Shown here piece after piece: positions 29,928 to 38,265 of a stretch of 64,000 nt of DNA. The notes under the pieces are model-generated. The model was not told the origin of the DNA, did no database searches, and saw nothing but the letters and a program-made list of their open reading frames with translations. Positions within the stretch are counted from its first letter, which is position 1, and every line of letters begins with the position of its first letter. Origin of the DNA: an uncultured Gemmatimonadales bacterium (GTDB lineage: Bacteria > Gemmatimonadota > Gemmatimonadetes > Longimicrobiales > RSA9); contig CAWAMW010000015.1 of assembly GCA_963783305.1 (NCBI GenBank), positions 1 to 64,000 on the forward strand, given 5' to 3'. Made by a program: the position numbers and the translations under genes.

Positions 29928-30395
29928 ATGGGCGTTGATATCGTCGAGCGCGATGACATCTCGGTTTACCTCGTTGCCGGGGTGCCGAAGAGCTTCAAGC
30001 GGAAGCTGCAGAAGTTCGTGGAGAAGGAGGCCAAGGAGGACGGCGACGTCTACATGCTCGACGACGAGCTGTCCGAGTGGGTGATCTCCCGGATCCGGAA
30101 CGAGAAGCGCGGCGGTCGGGACCGCACGCCGGCGTCGGCGGCACTCTGGCGGGCGTACGCGGCTCTGAGCGCAGCGCGCTACCACCTGCAGCACTCGCCG
30201 GAGGAGGAGGGCCGGGTGCGGACGCTCCGCAACGACGTCGAGGAGATCTGGCGTGAGCTGAGCCCCATGTTCGAGGAAGAGGGCGAGGACACCGAGGCCG
30301 AGGCATCGGCGGAGACGGACGCCGCCGACGAGAGCCCGGCCGAGGAGACGGAGGAAGACGACACGAAGGGCGGCAGGAAGGGCTCGAAGAAGTAG
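29928..30395 (+). CDS. Hypothetical protein with acidic tail
   Basis: GGAGG RBS; codon usage like neighbouring genes. Confidence 0.8.
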   Translation: MGVDIVERDDISVYLVAGVPKSFKRKLQKFVEKEAKEDGDVYMLDDELSEWVISRIRNEKRGGRDRTPASAALWRAYAALSAARYHLQHSPEEEGRVRTLRNDVEEIWRELSPMFEEEGEDTEAEASAETDAADESPAEETEEDDTKGGRKGSKK

Positions 30396-30419
30396 AGTCC
30401 CTGCCGCCGGCGTGGCCGG

Positions 30420-31334
30420 TCAGAAGCGGTAGGTGAGTCCTGCCTGGCGGGTGGCCCCAAGGGGTCCGAGGGAGCGCCAGGCGAGGTGCACGCCAAGCGG
30501 GCCGAGGCGCACGCCGCCGCCCAGCACCAGCGGAGAAAAGGCGTCGCCGGGATCCGGCCGCGTCTCATAGCCGATCCGCAGTGCCGCCTCCGCATCGCCC
30601 CACGTACGGGTAACCTCCACGCCCATACCGGCCCCGCGTCGCTCCTCGCGCTCCCGCGCCTCACCGGTGACCAGCAGGTCCACGCCGGCCACTCTACCCC
30701 GCACCGCCGCGCCGAGACGGAAGGTGCGCGGGAGCGGCGCGGCACGCCCGGCCTCCAGGCGGGGCCCGATATGCTGCACAGACGCGCCAATGTCCACGGC
30801 CGAAGTCAGCGCCAGCAGGAGGCCGGCATCCAGCGCCACTGCCTGGTCGGACAGTCCGGCCACGTCCTGCCGGAGCCAGCGCCCGGCCGCGCCGGCGCGA
30901 AGGGGTCCAAACGCCATGGACGCGCCGACCAGCGCGGACAATTCACCCCCCGTGGCGGTTTCGCCGGTCGGAGTACCCACCGGCAGGGATGGGCTCCGCT
31001 CCACCACGGCCACGCCGCCATAATCCAGGAACCGGAGGGAGGCGCCCATTGAGAGCCGGCCGAACGGGCGCGTCAGGTGGGCCGCGCCCGCCGACGCGTC
31101 GCCGGGCAGCGCCTGGTAGGAGGCTCCAAAGCCGTGGGGCCCATCCAGGGCCGCGGGGTTGTACTCGAGAGCCAGGGGCGCGCGCACGGCCGAGTAAGCG
31201 TTGCCGAGGGAAAGCGGAACGGGCCCGGGGGCCACACGGAGGATCGTGGTCGCGCCGGACCCCGCTCCCTGGGCGGCCGCTGTCGAGCCGGGAGCCGCGG
31301 CCAGGAGGGCCAGGAGCACGAAGGCGCGCCTCAT
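30420..31334 (-). CDS. PorV/PorQ-like outer-membrane beta-barrel protein
   Basis: Signal peptide; LSLGNAYSAV...EYNPAAL, ALDAG and LPRTFRLG motifs; terminal YRF. Confidence 0.75.
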   Translation of the reverse strand: MRRAFVLLALLAAAPGSTAAAQGAGSGATTILRVAPGPVPLSLGNAYSAVRAPLALEYNPAALDGPHGFGASYQALPGDASAGAAHLTRPFGRLSMGASLRFLDYGGVAVVERSPSLPVGTPTGETATGGELSALVGASMAFGPLRAGAAGRWLRQDVAGLSDQAVALDAGLLLALTSAVDIGASVQHIGPRLEAGRAAPLPRTFRLGAAVRGRVAGVDLLVTGEAREREERRGAGMGVEVTRTWGDAEAALRIGYETRPDPGDAFSPLVLGGGVRLGPLGVHLAWRSLGPLGATRQAGLTYRF

Positions 31335-33661
31335 GGACGAGCCACCAGGATCTTGCGGACCGTACGCCGCCCGTCCACGTCCACGACCAGCAGGTAAGCG
31401 CCGTTGGCCACGTCCCCGCCCTCGTCGGTGTCGAGCCCCCAGACGGTCGTGAGCGGCCCGATTTCGCTCACTCGGAACGACCGCACCCGCTCACCAATCA
31501 GGGTATAAACGGCGAGGGAGCGTGGCGGTCGAGGATAGCTGATCACCAGCGCCTCGGAACGGACGGGGTTCTCCGATAGTCCGAGTGCTTCGCCCGGCTC
31601 CACGAGCCCTCCCGGGCGGAGCCGTTCGGCGGCAGCGGCCACGTCGAGCTTGCCGGCGCCCCAGGTGGGGTCAGGGAGGGTCGCGGGCATGTGCGCGTCG
31701 GTGGCCGCGCTGAGGCGGAGCGCCTCTCGGGCCTGCTCGGGGGTGAGGGTGGGCTCGAGCTGAAGGAGGATCGCGACAGCGGCCGCGAGCTGCGGCGAGG
31801 CCATGCTGGTCCCGAGCAGCCCGACGTGGACGGAGTCGGACTCGATCAGCCACGGGAAGGCGTCCCAGAGGCTGGCATCCCGTGAGAGCGACGAGATCAG
31901 GACCTTGCCCGGCGCAGTGACATCCGGCTTCGAGACCTCGTCGCGACGCGGCCCCGGACTGCTGAAATACGCGATGTCGCCGAGCGATTCCTGGACCGGG
32001 AACGACTGGGGCTCCCCGCCCACGCCGAGCCACTGGTGCCGAGTAACGTGCGCACCCGCGGCCAGCACGCGTGTGGCGCTCGCGGGGACGCCCACCAGGT
32101 AGCGGTTCGAGGTCTGGCCATCCAGGACCGTGAGGGCGTCGGCGTCGAAGGTGGCGCCCGTGAGCCAGAGGTGGTAGTCGCCTCGCTCGTGGATGGCCAG
32201 GGGCGTGATCCGGACCTTCCAGAGGCCCGGCTGGGGCGGCGTGTCCGCTTCGGCATCGAGGATCCCGATCAGCGCCGCGTGGTCTCCGTTGGACGGCGCC
32301 GGTCCGTCCACCGCGTTCAGAACGACGATGGCGCCCGCGGCGGTCCGGAGCGTGGCGGAATCCCCCGTCGCCACGGTCACCGCCTCGCCGGCGGGGGTGG
32401 TGACGGTCACGGCCAGGGAGTCGGAGCCGCCGTACCAGAGCTCCAGGAGCACACCGTCATTCACCGCCCCGGGTGCAGGAGAATAGGGCGGGATCCGAAC
32501 CCCCGAGGAGCCGCTCCCCGCCCGTCCCTCCGCGTGATTGGGCCCGTTCGGGGCGGGCGGGAGCGTGTTCCGATGATCGCCCGCATTGCCCGATCCGGAC
32601 ACGACGATTCGGCCGGGGCCGCTCAAGGCGTCGAGGGCCTCCTCGAGGAGGGTGGTGCCGTCGTGGGGGCCGGCCTGGGAGGAGAGGGACACGTTGACGA
32701 CGGCGGGGCGCCCGAGCGCCTCGGCCCGGGCGAAGATGTAGGCGACGCCGTCGACCAGCTGGTCGGCATGGAACTCGGTCTCGCCACCCTTCACCACGAT
32801 GAGGTCGGCCCCGGGCGCGCCGCCGGGGAACCGCCACGGATCCTGGCCGAGACCGGTCGCCGATCCATCCCCGGCGGCGGTGCCGCTGACGTGGGTGCCG
32901 TGGCCGCCGCGATCCCGCATCGGGCAGTCGCCGCCGTCGATGGCGGGGGCGGTGCACTCGACACCGTAGGTGAAGGAGTGCTCGCCCAGCATGCCGGGGC
33001 CGGAGCCGGTCTCCGACTGGTCCCAGGCGAAGAGCACGCGGGTGCCCCCATCGGGTTGGCGGAAATCGTCGTGCTCCAGGTCGAGGCCGCTATCGTAGAT
33101 CCCGACAATCACGCCCGCCCCCGTGAGCCCGTCCCAGCGCTCGCCTACCCGGCTGCGCAACCGGTCGAACCCGGCGTCGGCGTTGGCCGAGTCGTTCATG
33201 GCGACCGGGGGTGGGGGGAGGGTCGGGTGCGCCGCCGGCGCCCAGTAGAGCGGCCGGAGGGGCGTAGCGGCCTCCATGGCCTGGATCCCGGGGTCCGCGA
33301 GGAGCGCGGGGACGGCGTCCAGGGGAATCCGGGCGGTGACGATCTCTCCGGCTCGGCTGCCGATGATCGCGCCGGCGCGGAGGAGGGCGGACTCTCCGCC
33401 CGGACCCAGGCGCACGAGGGTGCGGACGCGGAGCGGACCGGCGGATGCGTCCAGCGCCAGGTCGAAGAGGCCCGGGAGGGAGGGTGAGACGGCGTCAGGC
33501 CGGGGAAGCGGGGCGCGCCGGTCGGCGGCTGGGGCCTCCGCGGCAGGACGGTTCATGAGGAGGAACCGGAGGGCGGGATCAGCCCTGGACAGGTCCTGTG
33601 CGGAAGCCGCGGTCGGCGCGACGAGGGCGGTGGCGAGGATCGCCATGGCCAGGCGAGTCAA
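31331..33661 (-). CDS. S8 (subtilisin-like) serine peptidase with C-terminal T9SS-A/FlgD-like Ig domain
   Basis: Catalytic triad in IYDSG, HGTH and GTSMAS; C-terminus ENPVR...VYTLIGERVR...W...VANGAYLLVV...RKILV. Confidence 0.9.
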   Translation of the reverse strand: MTRLAMAILATALVAPTAASAQDLSRADPALRFLLMNRPAAEAPAADRRAPLPRPDAVSPSLPGLFDLALDASAGPLRVRTLVRLGPGGESALLRAGAIIGSRAGEIVTARIPLDAVPALLADPGIQAMEAATPLRPLYWAPAAHPTLPPPPVAMNDSANADAGFDRLRSRVGERWDGLTGAGVIVGIYDSGLDLEHDDFRQPDGGTRVLFAWDQSETGSGPGMLGEHSFTYGVECTAPAIDGGDCPMRDRGGHGTHVSGTAAGDGSATGLGQDPWRFPGGAPGADLIVVKGGETEFHADQLVDGVAYIFARAEALGRPAVVNVSLSSQAGPHDGTTLLEEALDALSGPGRIVVSGSGNAGDHRNTLPPAPNGPNHAEGRAGSGSSGVRIPPYSPAPGAVNDGVLLELWYGGSDSLAVTVTTPAGEAVTVATGDSATLRTAAGAIVVLNAVDGPAPSNGDHAALIGILDAEADTPPQPGLWKVRITPLAIHERGDYHLWLTGATFDADALTVLDGQTSNRYLVGVPASATRVLAAGAHVTRHQWLGVGGEPQSFPVQESLGDIAYFSSPGPRRDEVSKPDVTAPGKVLISSLSRDASLWDAFPWLIESDSVHVGLLGTSMASPQLAAAVAILLQLEPTLTPEQAREALRLSAATDAHMPATLPDPTWGAGKLDVAAAAERLRPGGLVEPGEALGLSENPVRSEALVISYPRPPRSLAVYTLIGERVRSFRVSEIGPLTTVWGLDTDEGGDVANGAYLLVVDVDGRRTVRKILVARP

Positions 33662-33663
33662 TC

Positions 33664-34143
33664 CTACGGCTCCGATGGGTCGAATCCGAACGTGTAGTAA
33701 TCGGTCGGGCGGCCGGCGATGTCTCCAATGGCACCGTCCAGGCGCTCCAGGGTCGCCGGCTCCTCGCCCGCTCCTTCGGCGGCGGCCCGGATTGATTCCA
33801 GTATGGCGCGCACATCGTCTGGCTGGAGCAGGACGTAGGATCGCGGATCCTCCGCCTCACCGCGCCGGTGGACGACCAGCTCCACCCGGTCGGCATCGCC
33901 CGAGAGCTTCCAGACGTCCCCCGTCTTCTTCAGCAGCTTGTCCGACGTCTTCACCTCCGCGTGGACCGCCTTCACCAGCCGCTGAACCTCCCGATCCGTG
34001 CTCTCGCCCCTGCGGCGGCCGAACCTGCGACCCAGTTCCAGCGGGTCCCCCTCCTCCGCCCTCTCCACCGCACGGTTCATCAGTCCACCGACCTGGGCGT
34101 AGATTCCCAGGACGAGCGGGACGGGGTCGATCGCTATGCGCAT
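33664..34143 (-). CDS. Hypothetical protein
   Basis: GGAGG RBS before ATG 34143; directly upstream of the S8 gene. Confidence 0.75.
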   Translation of the reverse strand: MRIAIDPVPLVLGIYAQVGGLMNRAVERAEEGDPLELGRRFGRRRGESTDREVQRLVKAVHAEVKTSDKLLKKTGDVWKLSGDADRVELVVHRRGEAEDPRSYVLLQPDDVRAILESIRAAAEGAGEEPATLERLDGAIGDIAGRPTDYYTFGFDPSEP

Positions 34144-34368
34144 CGGGACTGCCTCCGTTATCACCATTGCCACGGACGGCCGACGCCTTCTACGCCGGAC
34201 GCCCCCAAGTTTGTGGGCCCGAGCGGCGCACGTCCAGTCGAGACGGCAGGGAGGCGTCGGCATGAGGTGGCGTTCGGCCCCGACAGGGCCCATCTTTTGG
34301 TCCTTCGCGACGTCGTCCCGGCTGCGTCGCCCCAGGAACACATGGAACGAACCCGACGGAGATGCGGC

Positions 34369-34827
34369 ATGAAGGGGATATCGAAGATCGCGCTGTTCGG
34401 CGCAGTCGCGCTGGTGGGATGCGAGAACATGGGGCTGGATTACGCCGGCGCGGCCGAGGAAGCGCGCGTCGAGGCGCCCACGGCGCTGGTGGCGGCGGTC
34501 CATCCGCAGGGGTCGAAGCCCGAGTGGCCCCCGCTGATCGTTGACGGGAAGCGCTGGGTCGCCGCCGGCGAGGCGGTGGCGGTCGACGAAGTGGACGTCC
34601 ATCCCGTCGGCTCCGCCAGCGGCACCACTGTGTACGCGCGCAGCTGGGACACACCCCCCTACGACCAGCTCTTCACACGCGGTCCTTCGGACGCCGCGAT
34701 GGATGGCGAATGGCGGTCCTACCTGCCGGTGATCGGCGAGAGCGGTATGCGCGGTGGGGCCGGAGAGCACGAGGCGCCACGCGGCGCGGCTGACGACACG
34801 GCTACGGACGAGAGCGCCGGACGCTGA
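34369..34827 (+). CDS. Lipoprotein
   Basis: MKGISKIALFGAVALVGC lipobox. Confidence 0.8.
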   Translation: MKGISKIALFGAVALVGCENMGLDYAGAAEEARVEAPTALVAAVHPQGSKPEWPPLIVDGKRWVAAGEAVAVDEVDVHPVGSASGTTVYARSWDTPPYDQLFTRGPSDAAMDGEWRSYLPVIGESGMRGGAGEHEAPRGAADDTATDESAGR

Positions 34828-34828
34828 C

Positions 34829-35206
34829 CTAGGCGCCGGCGGCTGTTTCCCGCTCGAGCGCGTCGGCCGTGACCGCGCGGTGGGAGCCGTGCCAGGCGAC
34901 GGTGCCCCTGCGCAGCACGAACGCCTGGGGCGATTCGTGGCGGACGGAGAGCCGGTGTTCCACCTCCCGCGACATCGATCGGGCGCGAATTACGTCCACG
35001 AGGTAGACCGGGACGTCCGGGTTGTCCTCCATGAAGGACCGCACCTCACGGAACACCATGTCCGACAGGCCGCACAGCGGGCTGTGCTTGTAGAGGACGG
35101 CCAGCGGCTCTCCCAGCGCGCTCTCGAGCGCCTGCGGGTCTCGGATAGGGATGGGCTCGACGGCCTCCTTCGGACCGGCGGCGCGCCCCTTCTCCTGGCT
35201 ACTCAC
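34829..35206 (-). CDS. ytxJ: Monothiol bacilliredoxin BrxC/YtxJ family
   Basis: YKHSPLCGLS and VRHESPQ motifs. Confidence 0.85.
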   Translation of the reverse strand: MSSQEKGRAAGPKEAVEPIPIRDPQALESALGEPLAVLYKHSPLCGLSDMVFREVRSFMEDNPDVPVYLVDVIRARSMSREVEHRLSVRHESPQAFVLRRGTVAWHGSHRAVTADALERETAAGA

Positions 35207-36018
35207 AGGAACAGGTCCTGTTGCGGTGACAGCTCGGCAGGCTCGACCGGCTCCTGACCGAGGTGACGTTGGAGCCTGCGTGCGCTGGCCGGGCTGTGAC
35301 CCTGATACTCGTTGTTGAAAAACGCGAACACTTCACCTGCCTCCAATCCACGAATCAGCTTTCCCCATCTTCGGATCTCATGGTTCCGCTCCTCCACGAC
35401 CTCCGCCGGGCTCCGTCCCCGGGCGGGCGCTCCGAGCCAGCGGAGGTACACGAGCCCGCTCCCTCCCTCCTCCACCAGCTCCACCAGCGCGGCCCGTGCC
35501 GCCGCCTCGTCCAGCCATGGCCCCACGCTCAGCGCCAGGGCCACGCCCAGCTCGCGGAGCATGGCGCGCGTCTCCGGCACGAGCCAGGCGCGGTCGCGGA
35601 ACTCGATGGCGAAGCCGAGGTCCGTGGGCAGGACTCGCAGGAACGCTGCCGTCACGTCGAACGCGGCGGGGCCGTGGCTGGCCGGGAGTTGGATGAGGAT
35701 GGGGCCGAGCTTGCGGCCCAGCTCGCGCGCGTCGTCGCAGAAGCGGAGTGCGAGGCGGGCGTCCTGAAGGCTCAACTCGTGAGTGGTCTCCCCGGGAAGC
35801 TTGAGGGTGAACACGAACCCGTCGGGCGTCCGCTCCCTCCATGAGACAAAGCGCTCGCGCGGTGGGGGGCCGTAGAAGGTGGAATCCACCTCCACGACGT
35901 CGAAGGCGCGCGCGTACAGCGCGAGCCGGTCGGCGGAACGGACGCCGGCGGGATAGAAGCGGCCCACCCAATCGTCGTAGCTCCAGCCCTGCGTCCCGAC
36001 GCGTACCCGTGGGCTCAG
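35203..36018 (-). CDS. DUF72 (YecE-like) protein, probable CTG start
   Basis: VGTQGWSY...WVGRFYP, VEVDSTFY, EFR and FFNN motifs; the N-terminal motif lies upstream of the first ATG/GTG/TTG. Confidence 0.88.
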   Translation of the reverse strand: MSPRVRVGTQGWSYDDWVGRFYPAGVRSADRLALYARAFDVVEVDSTFYGPPPRERFVSWRERTPDGFVFTLKLPGETTHELSLQDARLALRFCDDARELGRKLGPILIQLPASHGPAAFDVTAAFLRVLPTDLGFAIEFRDRAWLVPETRAMLRELGVALALSVGPWLDEAAARAALVELVEEGGSGLVYLRWLGAPARGRSPAEVVEERNHEIRRWGKLIRGLEAGEVFAFFNNEYQGHSPASARRLQRHLGQEPVEPAELSPQQDLFL

Positions 36019-36344
36019 CGGGGGCCCTCCCCTTCCCTGTCTTCCTCAGCCAGTTCGGGATCGAACAGGATGCCGTGATCGTTTTCGGCGGACGGCTCTC
36101 GAGGGGTGCGGGGGAGTGAGCGGGCTTGCGGACGCTCCGCCAGCAGGCGCTCGAGGAAACGCTGCTGCTCCTGCAGGTCGTCCAGCCGGTTTTCCAGGAG
36201 ACCGATGGCGCTCTCGAGGCGATCGAAGCGCGGCTCCGACGACGGATCCAGGGGACGGCGCTCGCCCTTGATCCGCTGGAGCCCACCCGCGAGAAGCAGC
36301 GCACCCATGACGATGGTGAAGACGAAGATCATGAAGCCCAACAT
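36015..36344 (-). CDS. Small single-pass membrane protein with coiled coil
   Basis: Hydrophobic N-terminus followed by LENRLDDLQEQQRFLERLL. Confidence 0.75.
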   Translation of the reverse strand: MLGFMIFVFTIVMGALLLAGGLQRIKGERRPLDPSSEPRFDRLESAIGLLENRLDDLQEQQRFLERLLAERPQARSLPRTPREPSAENDHGILFDPELAEEDREGEGPR

Positions 36345-36372
36345 TCTGCCTCCTTCGACCACGCCAGCCGGT

Positions 36373-36924
36373 CTACAGGTCCACCCGGAGACCGATCCCG
36401 GCCAGCGTGAGGTTCAGCCTCGCGATCCGCTCCCAGCGGAACTCCGCGTAGGGCGAGACTCGCTGGAGGACCCGCCAGTACAGCTCGATCCCCATGAGGT
36501 ACGACAGGACGGTTTCGTCGGCGAAGCTCGCGCCCGCGCCGGCCCGGAGGGCGGCATGCACACCGGGCTCCGTCGGATCGCGCGTAAGCAGGGTCTCGGC
36601 GCCCGCCCGTACCACCCAACCCTCTTCCGCGCACGCGATCCCCGGGACGCACTCGAAGTCGGGCCGGCTGAAGCGGGCGCCGTCGGCCCACGGCTGGAAC
36701 CCGGAGGACCGGGGGACCGTCACCCGGAGCCCCACCGACACCATGTCTCGCGCCACGTCGAAGGTGCCGAATCCTCCCACGCTGGCTGCGCCTTCGAGGG
36801 CGAGCTGGAGGCGCGGCGCGGTGGACGCATCGGCGCTCTGCGCGCCCACCGCACTCGGTCCCAGCGCGCTGAGCAGCCCGCTGAGCAGCGCAACGACGAG
36901 CGTCCGCGCGAGCGCGATCCTCAG
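36373..36924 (-). CDS. Small exported beta-barrel-like protein, probable CTG start
   Basis: In-frame signal peptide LRIALARTLVVALLSGLLSALGPSAVGA upstream of the ORF-track start; ends AGIGLRVDL. Confidence 0.65.
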   Translation of the reverse strand: MRIALARTLVVALLSGLLSALGPSAVGAQSADASTAPRLQLALEGAASVGGFGTFDVARDMVSVGLRVTVPRSSGFQPWADGARFSRPDFECVPGIACAEEGWVVRAGAETLLTRDPTEPGVHAALRAGAGASFADETVLSYLMGIELYWRVLQRVSPYAEFRWERIARLNLTLAGIGLRVDL

Positions 36925-37199
36925 AAGAGCTTCCCCGCCAGCGACGGCTCCTTGTCTGTGCGGGTGCCGATCTTGACGAAGCTCGCGATGCGGATGGTGC
37001 CTTCGGCGTGGAGCGTCTCGTGGACCCGCCGGATCGCGTCGAGGACATCGGCCAGCTCGCCCTCCATGTTGGTCCCGTTGCCATGCAGCTCCACCTTCAC
37101 CCCGGACTCCTCGAGGATCTGGTGCGCTCGCTTCACTTCCCGGCGAACCGACACCCCAGAACCGATGGGGATCACCTGGACTTCTGCCGTAGCTTTCAT
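36921..37199 (-). CDS. MTH1187/YkoF thiamine-binding family protein
   Basis: AEVQVIPIG, GTNMEGE and KIGTRTDK motifs. Confidence 0.88.
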   Translation of the reverse strand: MKATAEVQVIPIGSGVSVRREVKRAHQILEESGVKVELHGNGTNMEGELADVLDAIRRVHETLHAEGTIRIASFVKIGTRTDKEPSLAGKLF

Positions 37200-37263
37200 C
37201 TGATCTCTCTCTCGGATGTTCTGCCGTAACGGAACGGTGGGGCGGCCCTCTCCGAAAAGCAAT

Positions 37264-38025
37264 TCAGGGGGAGACCAGAATGCTGCAGCAGGTGACGCCG
37301 GCCTCCGCCTTGGCCAGCTCGGAGAGGTCGACCTCCACCACGCGCACTCCCCGGGCCCGGAGCCGTTCCCGGGTACGGGGCTGCCCCGCCGGCATGATCA
37401 CGCTGCCACGGACGGCGAGGATGTTCGCGGCGAACGGCTCGTCCGGATGAACCTCGACCAGCTCGAACCTGGCGAACGGCGTCGTGTCCACCCATTCGGG
37501 GTTCACGAGGAGGGAGCCATCGACGGCGGCGGAGATGGCGGTCTTCAGGTGCAGACACCCCCGCACCGGCACCTGCTGGACCTCATAGCCGAGTGGCTCC
37601 GCGATGGCGCTGAGCTGCCCGAAGCCCGCCGCATTCGTTCGCTCCGACTGGCCGACCCAGAGGGTGCGGTGGACTCGGAGCACATCACCGCCATCCAGGG
37701 TGCCAGGGGCCTCGATGCGGCGAAGGGGCCGCAACTCCATGAGCGCTTCGGCCACTGCCTGGGTCTCCGGCCGCCGGCTCTGAGCGCCCGGTCGCGCCAC
37801 GATCGCCACCTCGTCCAGCACCACGGCTGTGTCCTCGACGAAGACGGAGTCCGGCAGGTCATCGGCGGCCGGTATTTCCACGATCGTGCAGCCGAGGTCC
37901 TGCAGGGCGGCGCGGTAGAGGTCGTGCTGTCGCGCGGCGGCGGCGGGATCGATGGACGTGCGCTGGAGGTGCGACAGCTCACACCGGCCGATGGCGGGGC
38001 TCACGGCCCGGGTAAGGGCGAGCAT
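37264..38025 (-). CDS. Dimethylarginine dimethylaminohydrolase (amidinotransferase family)
   Basis: PDSVFVEDTAVV, SRRPE, LDGGDV, LHLKT and GVTCCS motifs. Confidence 0.92.
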   Translation of the reverse strand: MLALTRAVSPAIGRCELSHLQRTSIDPAAAARQHDLYRAALQDLGCTIVEIPAADDLPDSVFVEDTAVVLDEVAIVARPGAQSRRPETQAVAEALMELRPLRRIEAPGTLDGGDVLRVHRTLWVGQSERTNAAGFGQLSAIAEPLGYEVQQVPVRGCLHLKTAISAAVDGSLLVNPEWVDTTPFARFELVEVHPDEPFAANILAVRGSVIMPAGQPRTRERLRARGVRVVEVDLSELAKAEAGVTCCSILVSP

Positions 38026-38255
38026 CAGTTCGGCGAAAGGAGCCGAGTGATGTGTCGGAGTGGCTCGATGAACCAGAGGCGCGCGGGCATCCGGCTCTCC
38101 CGGGGTACGCGATCCTGGTATCGGACGACCGGTTGCGGATCCCCGAGGAGTCTCTGCTCGCGCTCGGACCCTGCCGCCTCGACAAAGCCGATCACCGCGC
38201 CGGCAAGGATACTGCGCCACGGGCTCCAGCGCGTCACGCCTCCCACGTTCTTCAT
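38025..38255 (-). CDS. Small hypothetical protein
   Basis: Fills the prfC-DDAH gap; TGATG overlap with the DDAH start. Confidence 0.45.
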   Translation of the reverse strand: MKNVGGVTRWSPWRSILAGAVIGFVEAAGSEREQRLLGDPQPVVRYQDRVPRESRMPARLWFIEPLRHITRLLSPN

Positions 38256-38265
38256 CGCCGGCCAG

